64,000 nt of DNA from Rhodosorus marinus CCMP1338 (lineage: Eukaryota > Plantae > Rhodophyta), in contig JAMWBK010000001.1 of NCBI GenBank assembly GCA_029953675.1, positions 2,418,001-2,482,000 of the forward strand, written 5' to 3'. How positions within the stretch are numbered: position 1 is the first letter of the stretch; every line of letters starts with the position of its first letter. Of this stretch, positions 48,018 to 59,867 are shown in pieces. The translations under genes were made by a program, and so were the position numbers. The notes beneath the pieces were generated by a model that was not told the origin of the DNA, searched no databases, and was given only the letters and a program-made list of their open reading frames with translations.

Positions 48018-49300
48018 AGGCTGGCGATTCCCCCCGGACTGGGGAGGGGGAAGTCGAAGAGTGCCGGTGCACCTAGGGGAGAGACGCATCTCTCTGCAGC
48101 TGATAATGGAGAGGAGGGGCACATCGCAGAAAACGGTGTGCCGCGCGCCTCTGTTGCCCACCAAGGAGAAGATGAAGGCGCAGAGATGGCGCCAACGCCC
48201 ACCTCTCCCACCACTGCGAAAGAAGATGCTGTTCATGCACTCTTGGGGAAGCTTTCAACGTATACAGAGTTCTACTGCAATTCTGGGGTATCAGAGGGAG
48301 AGCTCGAACGTTTCTTTGCGGGGTTCTACAACGTGTACTCCCGGGCAGCCAACACCGACGATCTCAAGGGCATCAACGCCCGACTCGAAGCTCTGGGTGA
48401 ACATCCCACCTGGTGGTCTTCAGGACCAGCCCCGTGCCTGCCGGCCGAGATACCCAATCAGTTTGCTCATCTCCACACCATGAGATCTAACTTGGGACAG
48501 TCCCACGCGGAACAGTCAGCTATGGGACAACCCGACTTGGGACAATCGACTTCCGGGACACCGGTGGGACAGCCTGTGGGACAGGAGGACCCGGAATTCC
48601 CACCACTGGGACAGTCACAGCTGCCACCTAGGGGTACATATGCACAACGGCCAGCTAAAGCCGCAGGTATGCGCCAGCAGACGGTTCTCCAACAAGATAC
48701 TGCGCTGCGCCAACTGCATGCGACTGTAGGAGGTTGTAGATGGGGCCCGGAAACCCATCCGGTATTGGCAACCCTGCGGAATGCTAGGCCGCCTCGCACG
48801 GAGCAGGTGGCGCTATCAGACTACAAGAAGGTCCTATGGCTCTGGGACTCCCGGCACACTTGATAGCGCACATTGATTTTGTTGCCACATCCGCGCTGCT
48901 CATCTGCCACCCGGATGCCAGCCCACTCATAAGTAGTGCCATCGCGAGGGGAGTTTTTCGCACCGGAGTGTTCGCATCGTTCGCACAGCGCCGTCACGAC
49001 CACCAAGTGACGGTGCACACGAGTCTCGAGCCCGAACCCCGGAACCTGCTCGGGTACAACGAGAGACTCGGTCTGCGCCCGGAAGCAGTCGCACCACGGA
49101 CCCTCGCCCGCGCTATTGAACAGGTGGAACGAATCAAGCGCACGATGAATCTGCGGGTTCTCCCGTTCCCGACGTCCGCCTCGATACATGCGTATCTGGA
49201 CGCGCGACTGGAATCTCTTGGCACACACCACAGCTCGGTGGCAAGACAGGGTGATCCCGGGACCCTCCCTGTGAAACCACCTTTAGTATTTCCAAGTGCA
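48018..49300 (+). pseudogene. Retroelement-associated ORF1-like protein with one frameshift near 48835
   Basis: ORFs 48138-48863 and 48836-49393 join through a 1-nt shift (YKKVL / MALGLPAHLIAHIDF). Homologous to the ORFs at 61950-62660 and 63707-64000. Confidence 0.55.
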
Positions 49301-49320
49301 AGACCGATAAGCGTTTATCA

Positions 49321-49860
49321 TTTATCGGATGGAGATAGCAATCCGATGCAAAAGCGTCCAAAAACCTGTAATCATCATCCGGAACTACTGTGAGCTGGTC
49401 CGAAACGAAGCGATAAACGTTTATCAAACTGTCCGATGTTTATTTACGGAACCCAATCGGACTTTCCTTTATCGCATGGAGATAACAATCCGATGCAAGC
49501 TTCGAAAAACCTATGATCATCATCTGGAACTACTGTGAGTTGGTTTGGGAAAGAAAGGAACTAGCTACTAGATTTCTGTCCGTCCAGTGCGGACATTCTC
49601 TTATCGCACGGAAATGACAATCCTATGCAAGCGTACAAAAAACGCATAGTCAGCATGATCCCCAACCACTAAGAAGTGGTTTGGAAGAGAAGGGAATTTG
49701 GATACTAGATTCTTGTTCGTCGAATGCGAGGGTTCTTTTATCGGACGGGAATGACGACCTTATGCTGAGCGTACAAAAACCCGTGCTCAGTGTGATCCAC
49801 TGAGATTTGGATTGGAAGAGAAGGGAATTTACATACTAAATTTTTGTCCTACTAATGTGC
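49321..49860. repeat. Four degenerate tandem units of ~132-147 bp
   Basis: ttatcg(g/c)a(t/c)gg..a..a..cc.atgc recurs near 49321, 49468, 49600 and 49738. Confidence 0.75.
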
Positions 49861-49873
49861 GCGTAAAATATTT

Positions 49874-51307
49874 ATGTACACCCAACAACTGAATCACGCT
49901 GGAAATTTTGAGGGTGTGAGTAAAAGAGACTGGGGAACGCTCTTGGATGAGCCCCTCGATCTTGAAGCTGCTCCCGACAGGGACTTAATTCATGCACAGA
50001 TCGCTCTACCGTTGCGATTAGGGGGATTCGGCGTCGCAGACCGTGGGCTGGTATGCTCGCCAGCGGCGGTTGCCTCCTGGGCTACCGCGCTGCGAACGTT
50101 GGTGACCTTCCAGATGCGAAGTGCCTGCCTCTTGGCTCGAGCTTTGACCAACGAGGATCCAGTGACCCTGCCGCCCCCGCTTTTGACAATTTATGATGGT
50201 CTTCAACACGCGTTCAGGAGGTGCAACGCCGTGCCGGACGCAAATCGGTCCCGCTTTCGTTCCTGGAGGGAGCTGTTATGGGGACGAGCTGAAGCGATTG
50301 AGGATTGTCCCCTCGACCGAGTTCTTGCCGATGACGGAGAGGCTAGCCCCGGGTCCCCTGTTGCAGACTACCCGGGTTTGAGCCGATTGTGGAGCTCCCG
50401 CACTGATGTGATTCAACATAGCCTCACCTGGGGCCAACACAGTGCCGCTCACACAGTCATGCTCAATTCTCCACTCACGCCGCCTACCACTGCCGCTCGT
50501 CTCCGCGGCATGTGAGGCCACCTCTTGCACTTGTGGTTAACCACTCTACCGTCGTCATTGAGTCATCGTCTCGATGCTTTCCAGTTCCGTTCTGCCGCAC
50601 GGATCTATCTCGGTTTGCCACAGGCTCCGTGGCACTCTAATCGGCCGTCTTTCTGTCAGGGATGTGAGAGCCGGATTGACGCTTGTGGCTACCACTTCCT
50701 GGGTTCCTGCGGACTGTTGCGAGGTCTCCGTACGAGGCGTCACACTCGTCTCAAGTACATCCTCAGCGAATTTTTGACTCGGATAGGGCATACGGTTGAG
50801 GTTGAGTCGGAACTGCCCAGATCCATCTCGGACTCTGCACCGCCCCGTTGTATAGCCGATCTCCTCGTCTCCGACGCTGCTGCCAGACGCTCAACATATG
50901 TGGACCTTGCGATTACCTGCCCCGTGGCCAGCGCCCACCTCACCGCAGCCGCCCGCCGCCGGGGGGCCGCGGCTTCAGCCCTTCGAAGAGTTAAGGAACG
51001 ACGGTATGCTGAGAGCATGGCCAGTCTGCCTTGCGCTGAGGGTCGCTCTCACCGGTTCCAGCCATTCATTGTGGAAAGCTTTGGTCACGTGGATAAGTCG
51101 GGTTTAGAGTGGTTGCGGAAATGTTTTGCTGAGCATCCTACTGAATATTTGGCGCTCTTGAGGCGTTTAAGTGTCTCCCTTTGGCGATATTCCAGCGACA
51201 TGCTTTCCGAGGCGCGCCATCGGCACCTGGGGTTGCATGCTTCCCTCCCTAGTTATTAGTTCATCTTCACGCCTTGCGTAGCGCTTCAGGCTATGCTAGT
51301 AAAGTCC
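49874..51307 (+). mobile_element. Family B RLE retrotransposon: post-RT region, zinc knuckle and RLE domain, with one in-frame TGA (50513-50515)
   Basis: AQIALPLRLGGFG; CQGC..DACGYHFLGSC; RTRRH; ADLLV; YVDL; VKERRY; PFIVESFG. The two ORFs share a reading frame. Confidence 0.9.
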
Positions 51308-51639
51308 AGTAAAAGAGAGATTCCAAATGCTGACTGTCAACAAAACTGTGCAAAGAGCACTGAGGGTTACAATGAAGAACCATCAAGCTGCATGGAGTTA
51401 GCAGTTACGAACCAATTCATCTACGCGCCAGTTCGGCTATGTCAAGGACATCGAAAAGAACCTCTTTTGCTTTCCAATTGTCACTGTGTCCCCCTCAGAA
51501 ACCCGTTGGTTAGAGTCTGGAGCGTTTGGGCAGCATGGAGGATGCAGTCGCTCAAATTGTTGAAATACTGGAATTTCCAGATCTGGAGTTCATATGCTTA
51601 ATTTTTATAAAAGTTTCGACACTACCTAGACTTAGTAGA

Positions 51640-54094
51640 ACGAATGGTTTAATCGGAGGCTGAAAAAAAAAACCCCGAGGGGAAAAAAAGACTAAGCGCG
51701 GAGAAGTACTCGCGCCTCCAACATCAAAGCGGCATTCATGCGCCACAGCAGGAAACTTAAGCGGGTAATCAACGATTGAAGACGGTCAGGGCGTTCGCGG
51801 AACAACTCCCGAAGCCAGCGAGAACCAACAGAGTCCATGAACCCAAAGCACTCAATGATCAGGGGTACCAAGCGATGTGCTAGTGCCGAAGCACGAACAC
51901 CAGGGGAAGACAAAGCCCCCGCGTATTTGATCTCTTTGCGGCGTCTCATGCTGGCGGCGGCAGATCCACGGCGCTCCCCCGCAGCCGGGAGATAACGACT
52001 AGCTTGAGGGTTAGGAACAGCAAGATCAACGTATGTGGTACGGCGGCTGTCGTCACAGGTGATCACCAGGTCGGCTACACGGCGTTCATCATTTTGAAAG
52101 TCCGCGACGGGTAAAGGTTTCTCACGTTCGATTTCCAGACCGGCTTGCCGGACTATAGGCCGAAGTTCCCGGTATAACAGGTTCAAGATCCGTGTATGGC
52201 GGCGGGTTCGAGCACCTTTCACCGCCGGGCAACTAGCGAGCAGGTGGGCGCCAAAATCTGCGTTGTCTTCAGTCTGAGAGCAGAGAGGGCACGACGAACC
52301 CATCTCGTACGGCCAAGGGGGCTGATGTAAGCCGAGGTATAAGCGCAGTGAAGTACGCACTTCGAAATCCGACAGTGTGAGTGGCGGAAAGGCTGGTACG
52401 GTCATGAGCCACTGAGAGCTAATAACCCCTCCAAGACTACGTAGGCGGGCGCGAGCGCGGGAAGATGAGACCATCTGCGCGAGGAGTCGGCCATATGCGG
52501 CACGGTGCAAGTCCCAAGAAAGGATATTTTGCAGCGCATCCGTGCGTGCTTGAGCTCGGCTCCCAGCGCGCTGGGAATCATCAGGAGGATCAACTGGAAC
52601 TTCTTCTTCTGCGGCAACCACTGGGTCAATCTCCCCTAGAACAGGTTCAGGCGCAGGACGAATCCCCGGGGCGGAGCCTCGAGAGCGGTCAAATACAGCT
52701 CGCCAGTCAGGAAGACGGGGTTGAACGGTTTCGGGGAGACTAGTACAGGAATTCAGGGCGGTTTGGAGCTCCAGAAACAAGTCTTGGGCGCTTTCCGGTA
52801 CGCTGGGAAGCAAGACACCCCGCGAGAGGCTCGCCATCAAATTGCGGAACTTCGAGATACCCAAGCTGCTCAAAGTGGGAAGTGCGGTTCCCCAGGCCCC
52901 TACTGCGGCTGCAGGTTGGACCACAACACGATTGCAGAGGCCCAGTCCCCCCAATCGCAATGGGAGGCCTACCTGGGCGCGCACAACATCACAGGTGGGT
53001 CGTGGCAGAGCGCTCAGCTCTTCATCGAGAAAATACCCCAGGTCACGGAAACTTTCAGCATCCGCACGAGTGGCCAACCACTGGCCCCAATGAGTTGGAA
53101 GTGAGCGAAGCCAATAGGTTAACCCCTGACTGCAACAATACCGAAACAGCAACAACGCGCACTGGAGAAAGCCCGGAGGGAGCCGTCGAAGCTCTGCAAC
53201 CAGCTGTCTGTGCTTACCGAGGAGCTGCAGCAACTCGCCTTCAACGAAGGACAGCGACCCGTAGGGGATGCCTAAGTGGACAAAACCATCCGGTCTCCAA
53301 ATATCCTGGAACGACGCAGGTACCTGCTGCTCTTGTGCAGCTACACCTCCCCAGTAGAACGATTTGTGATGATTAACCTCCAAGTCAACCCGCGAAGCTA
53401 AGGAGCGGAGACGATCATAAGCGAGCGCTAGAGTATCAGGGGGCCCCAGGAGGCACACGTCGTCGTGGTATGCAACCGTACGAACCTGCGGGAATTCGGA
53501 GCGAAGACAAAGCAAGACGAGTTGTAGTCCACAGGCATGTAGGAAAGGGGACAAGGGATCACCCTGTTGTACCCCTGTGCGCGCCGCAAACGTGTGTGAG
53601 GAAGCGCCAAGGGTGTCATAGGTAGCCCCACGACCAAGCGGAGAATAAAGTCTACTAACAAAGGGAAAGCCTACAGGGAAGACTTCGCGCACCACGTGCA
53701 TGAGAGCCGGACGAGAGACGCGGTTGAACGCATTGGTAAAATCTACAGAGAGGAGCCCAGAATCTGGGGAGTACGCCATTTCCGAACGGAGTAAAACAGA
53801 CAACAACTCACAGCCACCACGATAGCCCACGCCTAACTGCACGTGCCCAAAGAAACGGCGGGATTCGGGAACCAGGATTTTCACTAACCATCGCGCCGCC
53901 AATTTGCGGACCACCTCAACCAGGCCAATAGGGCGAATAGCAGGGCTCGAGGCCGTGTGGCCGGGCTTCGAAAGCAGACACAACTGCGAACGCCCGACCA
54001 AGAACCACACACACTCACACAGGGGATCACCATTCACAAGCGCTTCGACCACCCACGCCAACGCCTTCAAACCTTCATCACTTAAGAAACGAAC
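51640..54094 (-). mobile_element. Family A CRE/MoTeR-like non-LTR retrotransposon, 5'-truncated, with RT + CCHC + RLE intact over 792 aa
   Basis: RT motifs LLSKPG..IRPIGLVEVVRKL, QLGVG, VDFTNAFNRVSR, GVQQGDPLSP, AYHDD, LGIPYG, LPLRLGGLG. Knuckle CPLC..GAHLLASC. RLE RRH..VADLV..YVDL..KEIKY..IIECFG. Confidence 0.95.
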
Positions 54095-54280
54095 ATCAAA
54101 GCAGCGTTCATACGCTACAAGGTGGAATTAGGGTTTTTGCACGCTTGCATCTACATGAACGTTTTCCCTGAGTTCTAGGATCACAGGGACTGGAATAGTA
54201 CATATGCCATCAAGTGAGGTGGTTCGGAATAGAAGGTTAGCGATGGGATTCACGTCACTCCACACTTTTGATATTGGAGG

Positions 54281-54362
54281 GGTGTGGCGTGATCTTCGCC
54301 GCTCATAGTCTTCGTTGCCCTCGGTTTTTTTTCTGCCAATCTCAGATCAAACAAGTTCTTTC
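54281..54362 (+). mobile_element. Family A short degenerate 3' copy
   Basis: gatattggagg..gatcttcgccgctcatagtc..ccctcggttttttt. Confidence 0.65.
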
Positions 54363-54494
54363 ATGCATGCCCCCCCCCTGTTTGAACAAAAATTGCTGTA
54401 TATTGTATAATTATTGAAATATGTGGTCTAAAACTACGTTTATACTATGGTTGTGCTGTCGCTAGGAAATTGGAAGGCATATCGGTATCACCGG

Positions 54495-54571
54495 TATATT
54501 AGTAAAACGCACCTATTTATATTAGTAAAACGCACCTATTTCACCGGTATATTAGTAAAACGCACCTATTT
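54495..54571. repeat. Three copies of tatattagtaaaacgcacctattt
   Basis: Exact 23-24-nt units with 0 and 6 nt between them. Confidence 0.95.
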
Positions 54572-56882
54572 CGAGGGTTTTTGCCGTAGTTAACAAATTC
54601 ATTTAATTAACTGTAATATCGGTAGCAGCAGTAATTGTTTTCAAAATCGGCTCTACCTGTAAATCATGCATTCAACCTTAAGTCTAAATCTCGACAGCGG
54701 GGAAAATGAAAAAGTATAAACACCGAGAATTACCACCAACTACAGACGCCTCAAATGCTAGCAAAAATCAATTTGTTTTTTTTTCTTACAACCGCCAAAA
54801 CGTGTATATCGAGAGTCCACTTTACTTTTTTTCCTTTTATTCCGAACCACTCTTGATGGCTTCTAGGATCATCATCATACTCTCCAGGCTCGTTCGAGCT
54901 GAACGTTTTGATGTGTGTGCGCGATCGGAGACAATCTACTGGGACCTGTACTCAATTAGAAAGGGGTGGTTGGTCTCGGGATACTAATTGATTGTGGGTG
55001 ATTCCCGCGATTTTGACGATTTATCTCAATCCGCTCAATTCTTGCTACCGCGTCAATTCATGGCGTTCTGCTCGTCGAAACTAGTGATTCAGCTGCACAG
55101 CATCTGTTTTCTTCGGATCCACCCTCGATTCCGATACACAGAGCAGAATTCAATTTCAGTTTACTAAACTGAGGACATGGCCATTGATGCAGGCGGAGCA
55201 AACTCACATATACACAGCCTTTTTGATATGAAACAATCAGTTTTTTTCCGAATCGGTGTTAGTTTAGATGGATTTACGAGTACTTCGTGTTTCGCTTCCA
55301 GCTCGTGTATGGTTCGATGTCTGTTTTCGCGTTTATTACCGCTAATTGATTATTTCCGGTATGATAATTCTCTCCCTTTTCGGGACAACCCTATTTATCG
55401 ATCATTATTTTATTCATTTACGGATCTTCGCGAACTTCCCTAGGAACTCATGTGAACGGAAAGATATCGTAACTTAGGATATGATTTTGTTTTGTAGTGC
55501 CTATATACGAAATCGTTCTTCCCCCAATTCTTAACGGGAGAAAGGTAGGTCAGTTTCGACGTTCGAACCTGTTGATGGATAATGCACTACTCCGCTACAG
55601 AGCACAAGTACAGTATCGTTGAAAATTTGTGCCGAAGAGAATCTAGGAATCCGGGTAACCACCGTTCTGACTTCTGCCCTCTGCTGGGCGAAGGGACTAG
55701 CGGGGTGGAAGCAAAACGCGCGATTGGATATTTATCCAACCGCTTTGGTTTGTGGAAACAAGGACGGAAGGAGCATAGTTCCAGGCTGAGTGGGGTTGTG
55801 GGCACGAAAATATGGGCAAAATGGCAGTAGATTGCATCCGGTTATTATAAGGAGCTCTCTCGATTCAATTCGATACAGATTTTAACGTTGAGGTCCATAA
55901 AAGTGGGTTTCAACAGGCCATGAATCTCACCTCGGAGATCCACTGAGGCACGTGTACAATTAGATTCGAGCGAGATCGGACAAAATTGATACGGATAGGA
56001 GTGTGTTCCGGTGGAAACAATATTTTTTGGTCGCGGGATCCTAACGGTAAACTGATTTGTCTCGGACAGTTGAGTGGTGATTTTACTAGCTTGAACAGCC
56101 ATATCAACGCCCAATATCAACAGCCAGTATCTTTCTCTGACTAGCCACAATCTCTCTACACTACGCGCTACAGACCCTTTAAATCGATGCTGAGGACCGA
56201 TCTGGGGCTTGAAGAGTATTACAGCTCGGTCAGGGGCCGTCAAATTTGTCGCAAGTAGCAAGGATTTTCGGATGAACGTTCCCAGTTGAACATAGCCTAT
56301 GGGGACGGCAATTTGGAACATATAGCCTTTGGGGCGATCCGCTCGAATAAATTAGATCGTTTAGCCTGTAACCGCGGGATGAAAGGTTGCGCGATTATCC
56401 TACTAAATTGTTGTCTTCTTTGCGTTGCGGTGCGGGTACCGAAGGCGGCTGCTAAGTAAATGTTTCGGTTACGTCGTATGAGTCTAGCCGCAGGCTAAAA
56501 CGGAGTTCCAAAACTGTCTAGCGATTGATTTTTCTCCATGTGATAAGCAGCAGTACAGCAGTCACTTCGTTCAAGGAAGTGGTCATTCTACCCATTGATT
56601 TGTACAAGGCCTGTTGTAGCTATTGAAACAAAATGGTGAGTTAGTCTACGTGATAACCACAGCCTATGTTCGGGTGGTGGACTTGTGCCCAAAATTTGCG
56701 GGTGTTGAACACCACAGGTTACCGCGAAAGGAGGCGCAGCGAGGGTATTTAATGATTTCTTGGGAGTCAATCTTCATGAAGTACAGTTAAAAGAAGGGCT
56801 TCAACCTGAATAGGACTGGTGGATACTTTCTAAATCGGAACAAGAGTTGAAAGCATTGATTCTTGGCAGGGAAGGAGGAAAA

Positions 56883-57392
56883 ATGAAGGTGATACTGATT
56901 GCGATGCTACTGTTTGGGCTGGGGCTCGCCATAGAACTTCAGGAGTTTCATGCAGTATGGGACAGGGAAAGCACTGAAACCAGATCGAACGGGTATACTA
57001 TAACCAACTACAGGAAGCTCAATAAGTCGCTGCAGATCAAGACGTCTCAATACGATAGGTGCAGAGACGTCAATGATATGCTGGAGTATTTCCGTGACAA
57101 TGGCTACGATGATGACATCGTGGAACAGGTGAGGACACACAAGCGTGAGTTTTTTGACAAGAGATGCGGCACGGACGTAAGGAAGCACAGACGTGAGGTT
57201 GCCGAGTCCGTGAGAGCAGGTGGGGGAAACGGTTGTGGATCGTGTGACGCAGAAATAGACAGGGATAATTGTGCATGCACATTCGCCAATAATTGCGGTC
57301 CCTGCGAATTTTCTTCATTATCCTTCTCAGAGGTTGGTTCTGATGGCATCTGCAGGATTGCTTGTGGATGCGCATGTACCCCAGAATGTTGA
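56883..57392 (+). CDS. Small secreted protein with a Cys-rich C-terminal domain; intronless
   Basis: Signal-like MKVILIAMLLFGLGLA. C-terminus CGSC..CAC..CGPC..CRIACGCACTPEC. Confidence 0.75.
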   Translation: MKVILIAMLLFGLGLAIELQEFHAVWDRESTETRSNGYTITNYRKLNKSLQIKTSQYDRCRDVNDMLEYFRDNGYDDDIVEQVRTHKREFFDKRCGTDVRKHRREVAESVRAGGGNGCGSCDAEIDRDNCACTFANNCGPCEFSSLSFSEVGSDGICRIACGCACTPEC

Positions 57393-57700
57393 AGCTCAAA
57401 AAGCTCGTGACATACCTATCGGAGTCCCAAGCTGAAGATGCTAGCGTGAAGCAGAACATCGCGTCATTAATGATTGATCCGAAGTTTCTATCAGAATGAT
57501 CTTCGATGACTGACGGCTGCGGACGATCTTGGCCAAGCGGAAAAAGTCGTGGGATGAATCCGCAGAGACATAGGAAAGTGTTTTTGAACGTAGGTGAGAA
57601 GCACCTGAACGTTTTCACATTCGTATAAATACCATTGATTAGCGATGGTGAGATAGTCAATCAGACGTTGAACGGAATAAAGCAAGCGGGATTGACTGGA

Positions 57701-58026
57701 CTTTACTAGCATAGCCTGAAGCGCTACGCAAGGCGTGAAGATGAACTAATAACTAGGGAGGGAAGCATGCAACCCCAGGCGCCGATGGCGCGCCTCGGAA
57801 AGCATGTCGCTGGAATATCGCCAAAGGGAGACACTTAAACGCCTCAAGAGCGCCAAATATTCAGTAGGATGCTCAGCAAAACATTTCCGCAACCACTGGA
57901 TTGACTGGATGGATGGATTTACTAGAATAGCCTGAAGAGCACCGCACGGCGCGAAAGGGAACTAGAAACTAGGGTTACGTTAGCCTGGGGTCTAGCGTGC
58001 AAACCCAGGGGGCGATGGCGCGCCAG
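57701..58026 (-). mobile_element. Two head-to-tail family B 3' ends (57701-57897 young; 57910-58026 older)
   Basis: 57701-57897 differs from 51109-51305 at one visible position. It is flanked by ggattgactgga at 57689-57700 and 57898-57909. Confidence 0.95.
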
Positions 58027-58435
58027 TCAGTCAGACGTGGGCGAAGGTTGGCAGTTAGAATGGTACAATTTGCGTAGGTGGTTCTTAAGTCCTCCAAGTT
58101 TAAGCACTGAGTGTTGTAATTCCAAACCATCTTGGTGGTGATTCAGAAGCTGAAGCTGAATCCCCGGGGTGCCCAAGATTGAACTAACTTCATAGTCTTT
58201 ATTTGACACTTATCTAACACAACACAACCTAGGCACACTCAAAGGGCTCTAGACGTAACACCCCTATCCCGTGGTCCCAAACCACTTTACGGAGAAGGAT
58301 TGTGTCCCTAGAGGACTTTGCTGAACTAGGGCCTTTATCACTTTCAGATACATTGCTGCGCCAACTGCTCCAGCACTCAATTCGATGATTCTGACGTAGT
58401 TGACTCTATCCAGCAAACCAGAAGGGCCACGAGAT

Positions 58436-59434
58436 TTAACCACCGCCGATGGTGAAGGTCACAATCGCGATAACACAAACCATGAGTGCGGCTCCGCTCA
58501 GATATGACAGGTACGCCCAAATTGGGGTTAGAAGCGTCTGATCTTTCATGGCGTGTTCGAGGGTATGAACAGTACCTACGTAGAGCAACATACCGGCAGC
58601 CAACGCCAGCAATGTCCCCTTCGCAATGTCGCCTACAATACCTGCAATACCCATCCCAATGCCAATGGCCACAGGTGTGGTACAGGCAAAGCAAGTAATG
58701 ACAGTGAAGTAAATCCACCGTGCTGGCTTTGCCTTGAGTAAGTTCGAAGCAACAGCAAACGCTGCGAAAATTTTGTGCGAAATAATGGCAACGAACATAC
58801 TGAGGGCTGTTTGCCAGTCTCCTAGACCCAGTGTAAGCCCAGCAAGGACGCTATGTACAGAAAGCCCAAAGTATCCCGCAGAAGCTGCGATAGCGAAATA
58901 GACTTCCTGGTTTTTCTTCTCCGTTTTCTCGTCTCCTAAACTCAATTCGGAACCAGCGAGTCCTTCTTCGAGCTTTTCGTGATCGAGTGCTGAACCCTCC
59001 ATGTGTTCTTCGTCTTCTCCCCCCTTATGGCCCATGGTTCTCTTTTCCAAGAATTTGCCAAAATAATACCCTCCAATAGACTCAATACCATGATCAAGAA
59101 GAAAACCGATCATCAGCATTGTAAACGCGAAAGGGTAGTCGCTCCAGTAAGCTTCCTGAAAAGGTAAAAGGTTCTCAATGGCATCCTCCATCATGTGCAC
59201 GATGGAAATCGCAAGCAATACGCCTCCAGAGCACAACAGAAGAGCTTGAGAAATGGTTCTCGTCCGGACACCCTTGCCAGTAAAAAGCAGGGGTGCGAGG
59301 CCGCCGAACAGAGCTCCTACTAAAATTATGAACAGAAAACCAATCTTCCAGCTCACGCACGTTGAGTCACATCCGTCATCAGCTTGGTGCACTGTTGTCA
59401 GTTCAAAAACAGACATTCTTTCATCGACCGCCAT
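58436..59434 (-). CDS. ZIP-family (Zrt/Irt-like) zinc/iron transporter; intronless
   Basis: CSGGVLLAISIVHMMEDA, LSVHSVLAGLTLG, AIISHKIFAAF, LAAGMLLYV. Start placed at the ATG at 59434. Confidence 0.9.
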   Translation of the reverse strand: MAVDERMSVFELTTVHQADDGCDSTCVSWKIGFLFIILVGALFGGLAPLLFTGKGVRTRTISQALLLCSGGVLLAISIVHMMEDAIENLLPFQEAYWSDYPFAFTMLMIGFLLDHGIESIGGYYFGKFLEKRTMGHKGGEDEEHMEGSALDHEKLEEGLAGSELSLGDEKTEKKNQEVYFAIAASAGYFGLSVHSVLAGLTLGLGDWQTALSMFVAIISHKIFAAFAVASNLLKAKPARWIYFTVITCFACTTPVAIGIGMGIAGIVGDIAKGTLLALAAGMLLYVGTVHTLEHAMKDQTLLTPIWAYLSYLSGAALMVCVIAIVTFTIGGG

Positions 59435-59867
59435 TTTGTACTTCAGACCTTCTATTCTGTCAATTCTTCCAACCACGATCTCAGACTTGCTTCCTACTAG
59501 ACAAGACTCCCCCTCTCAGCTTAAGCCAGCAGGCCAAACAACGCCTTAAGAAATAGTCTTTCACCCTCCTCGAGGCCAGGGCAAGATCTCTGCACGCTGA
59601 TCCAGAGAGCATGGTGAAAATCCTCTTTTCTGAGCCGAAAATGTACTATTGATCGCCTACGCACCACAAAAAGCAAAGCTAAAGATCCGGATTCTACAGC
59701 CTTTGCAGTCTCTTTCACGCCATGCTAGGCGCTTCCAGCTTTTCCGTTGGCGCCACGGAGCTGTCAGGAGCACATAGGAACAGCTGTTCTAACTGTTCTT
59801 TGATCGCAACTGAACGAACCAGTAGCTTGGCTCCTCGTTGCTTACACGTCTTAGTTTCTGGTGTGGG

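Noticed and set aside
47642-48214. 190-aa minus-strand ORF
   Set aside because: It is Pro-rich and low-complexity, antisense to the element leader and ORF1, with no recognisable domain.
54495-54571. CRISPR-like direct repeats
   Set aside because: The units are separated by 0 and 6 nt rather than by unique spacers, there are no cas genes, and the context is eukaryotic.
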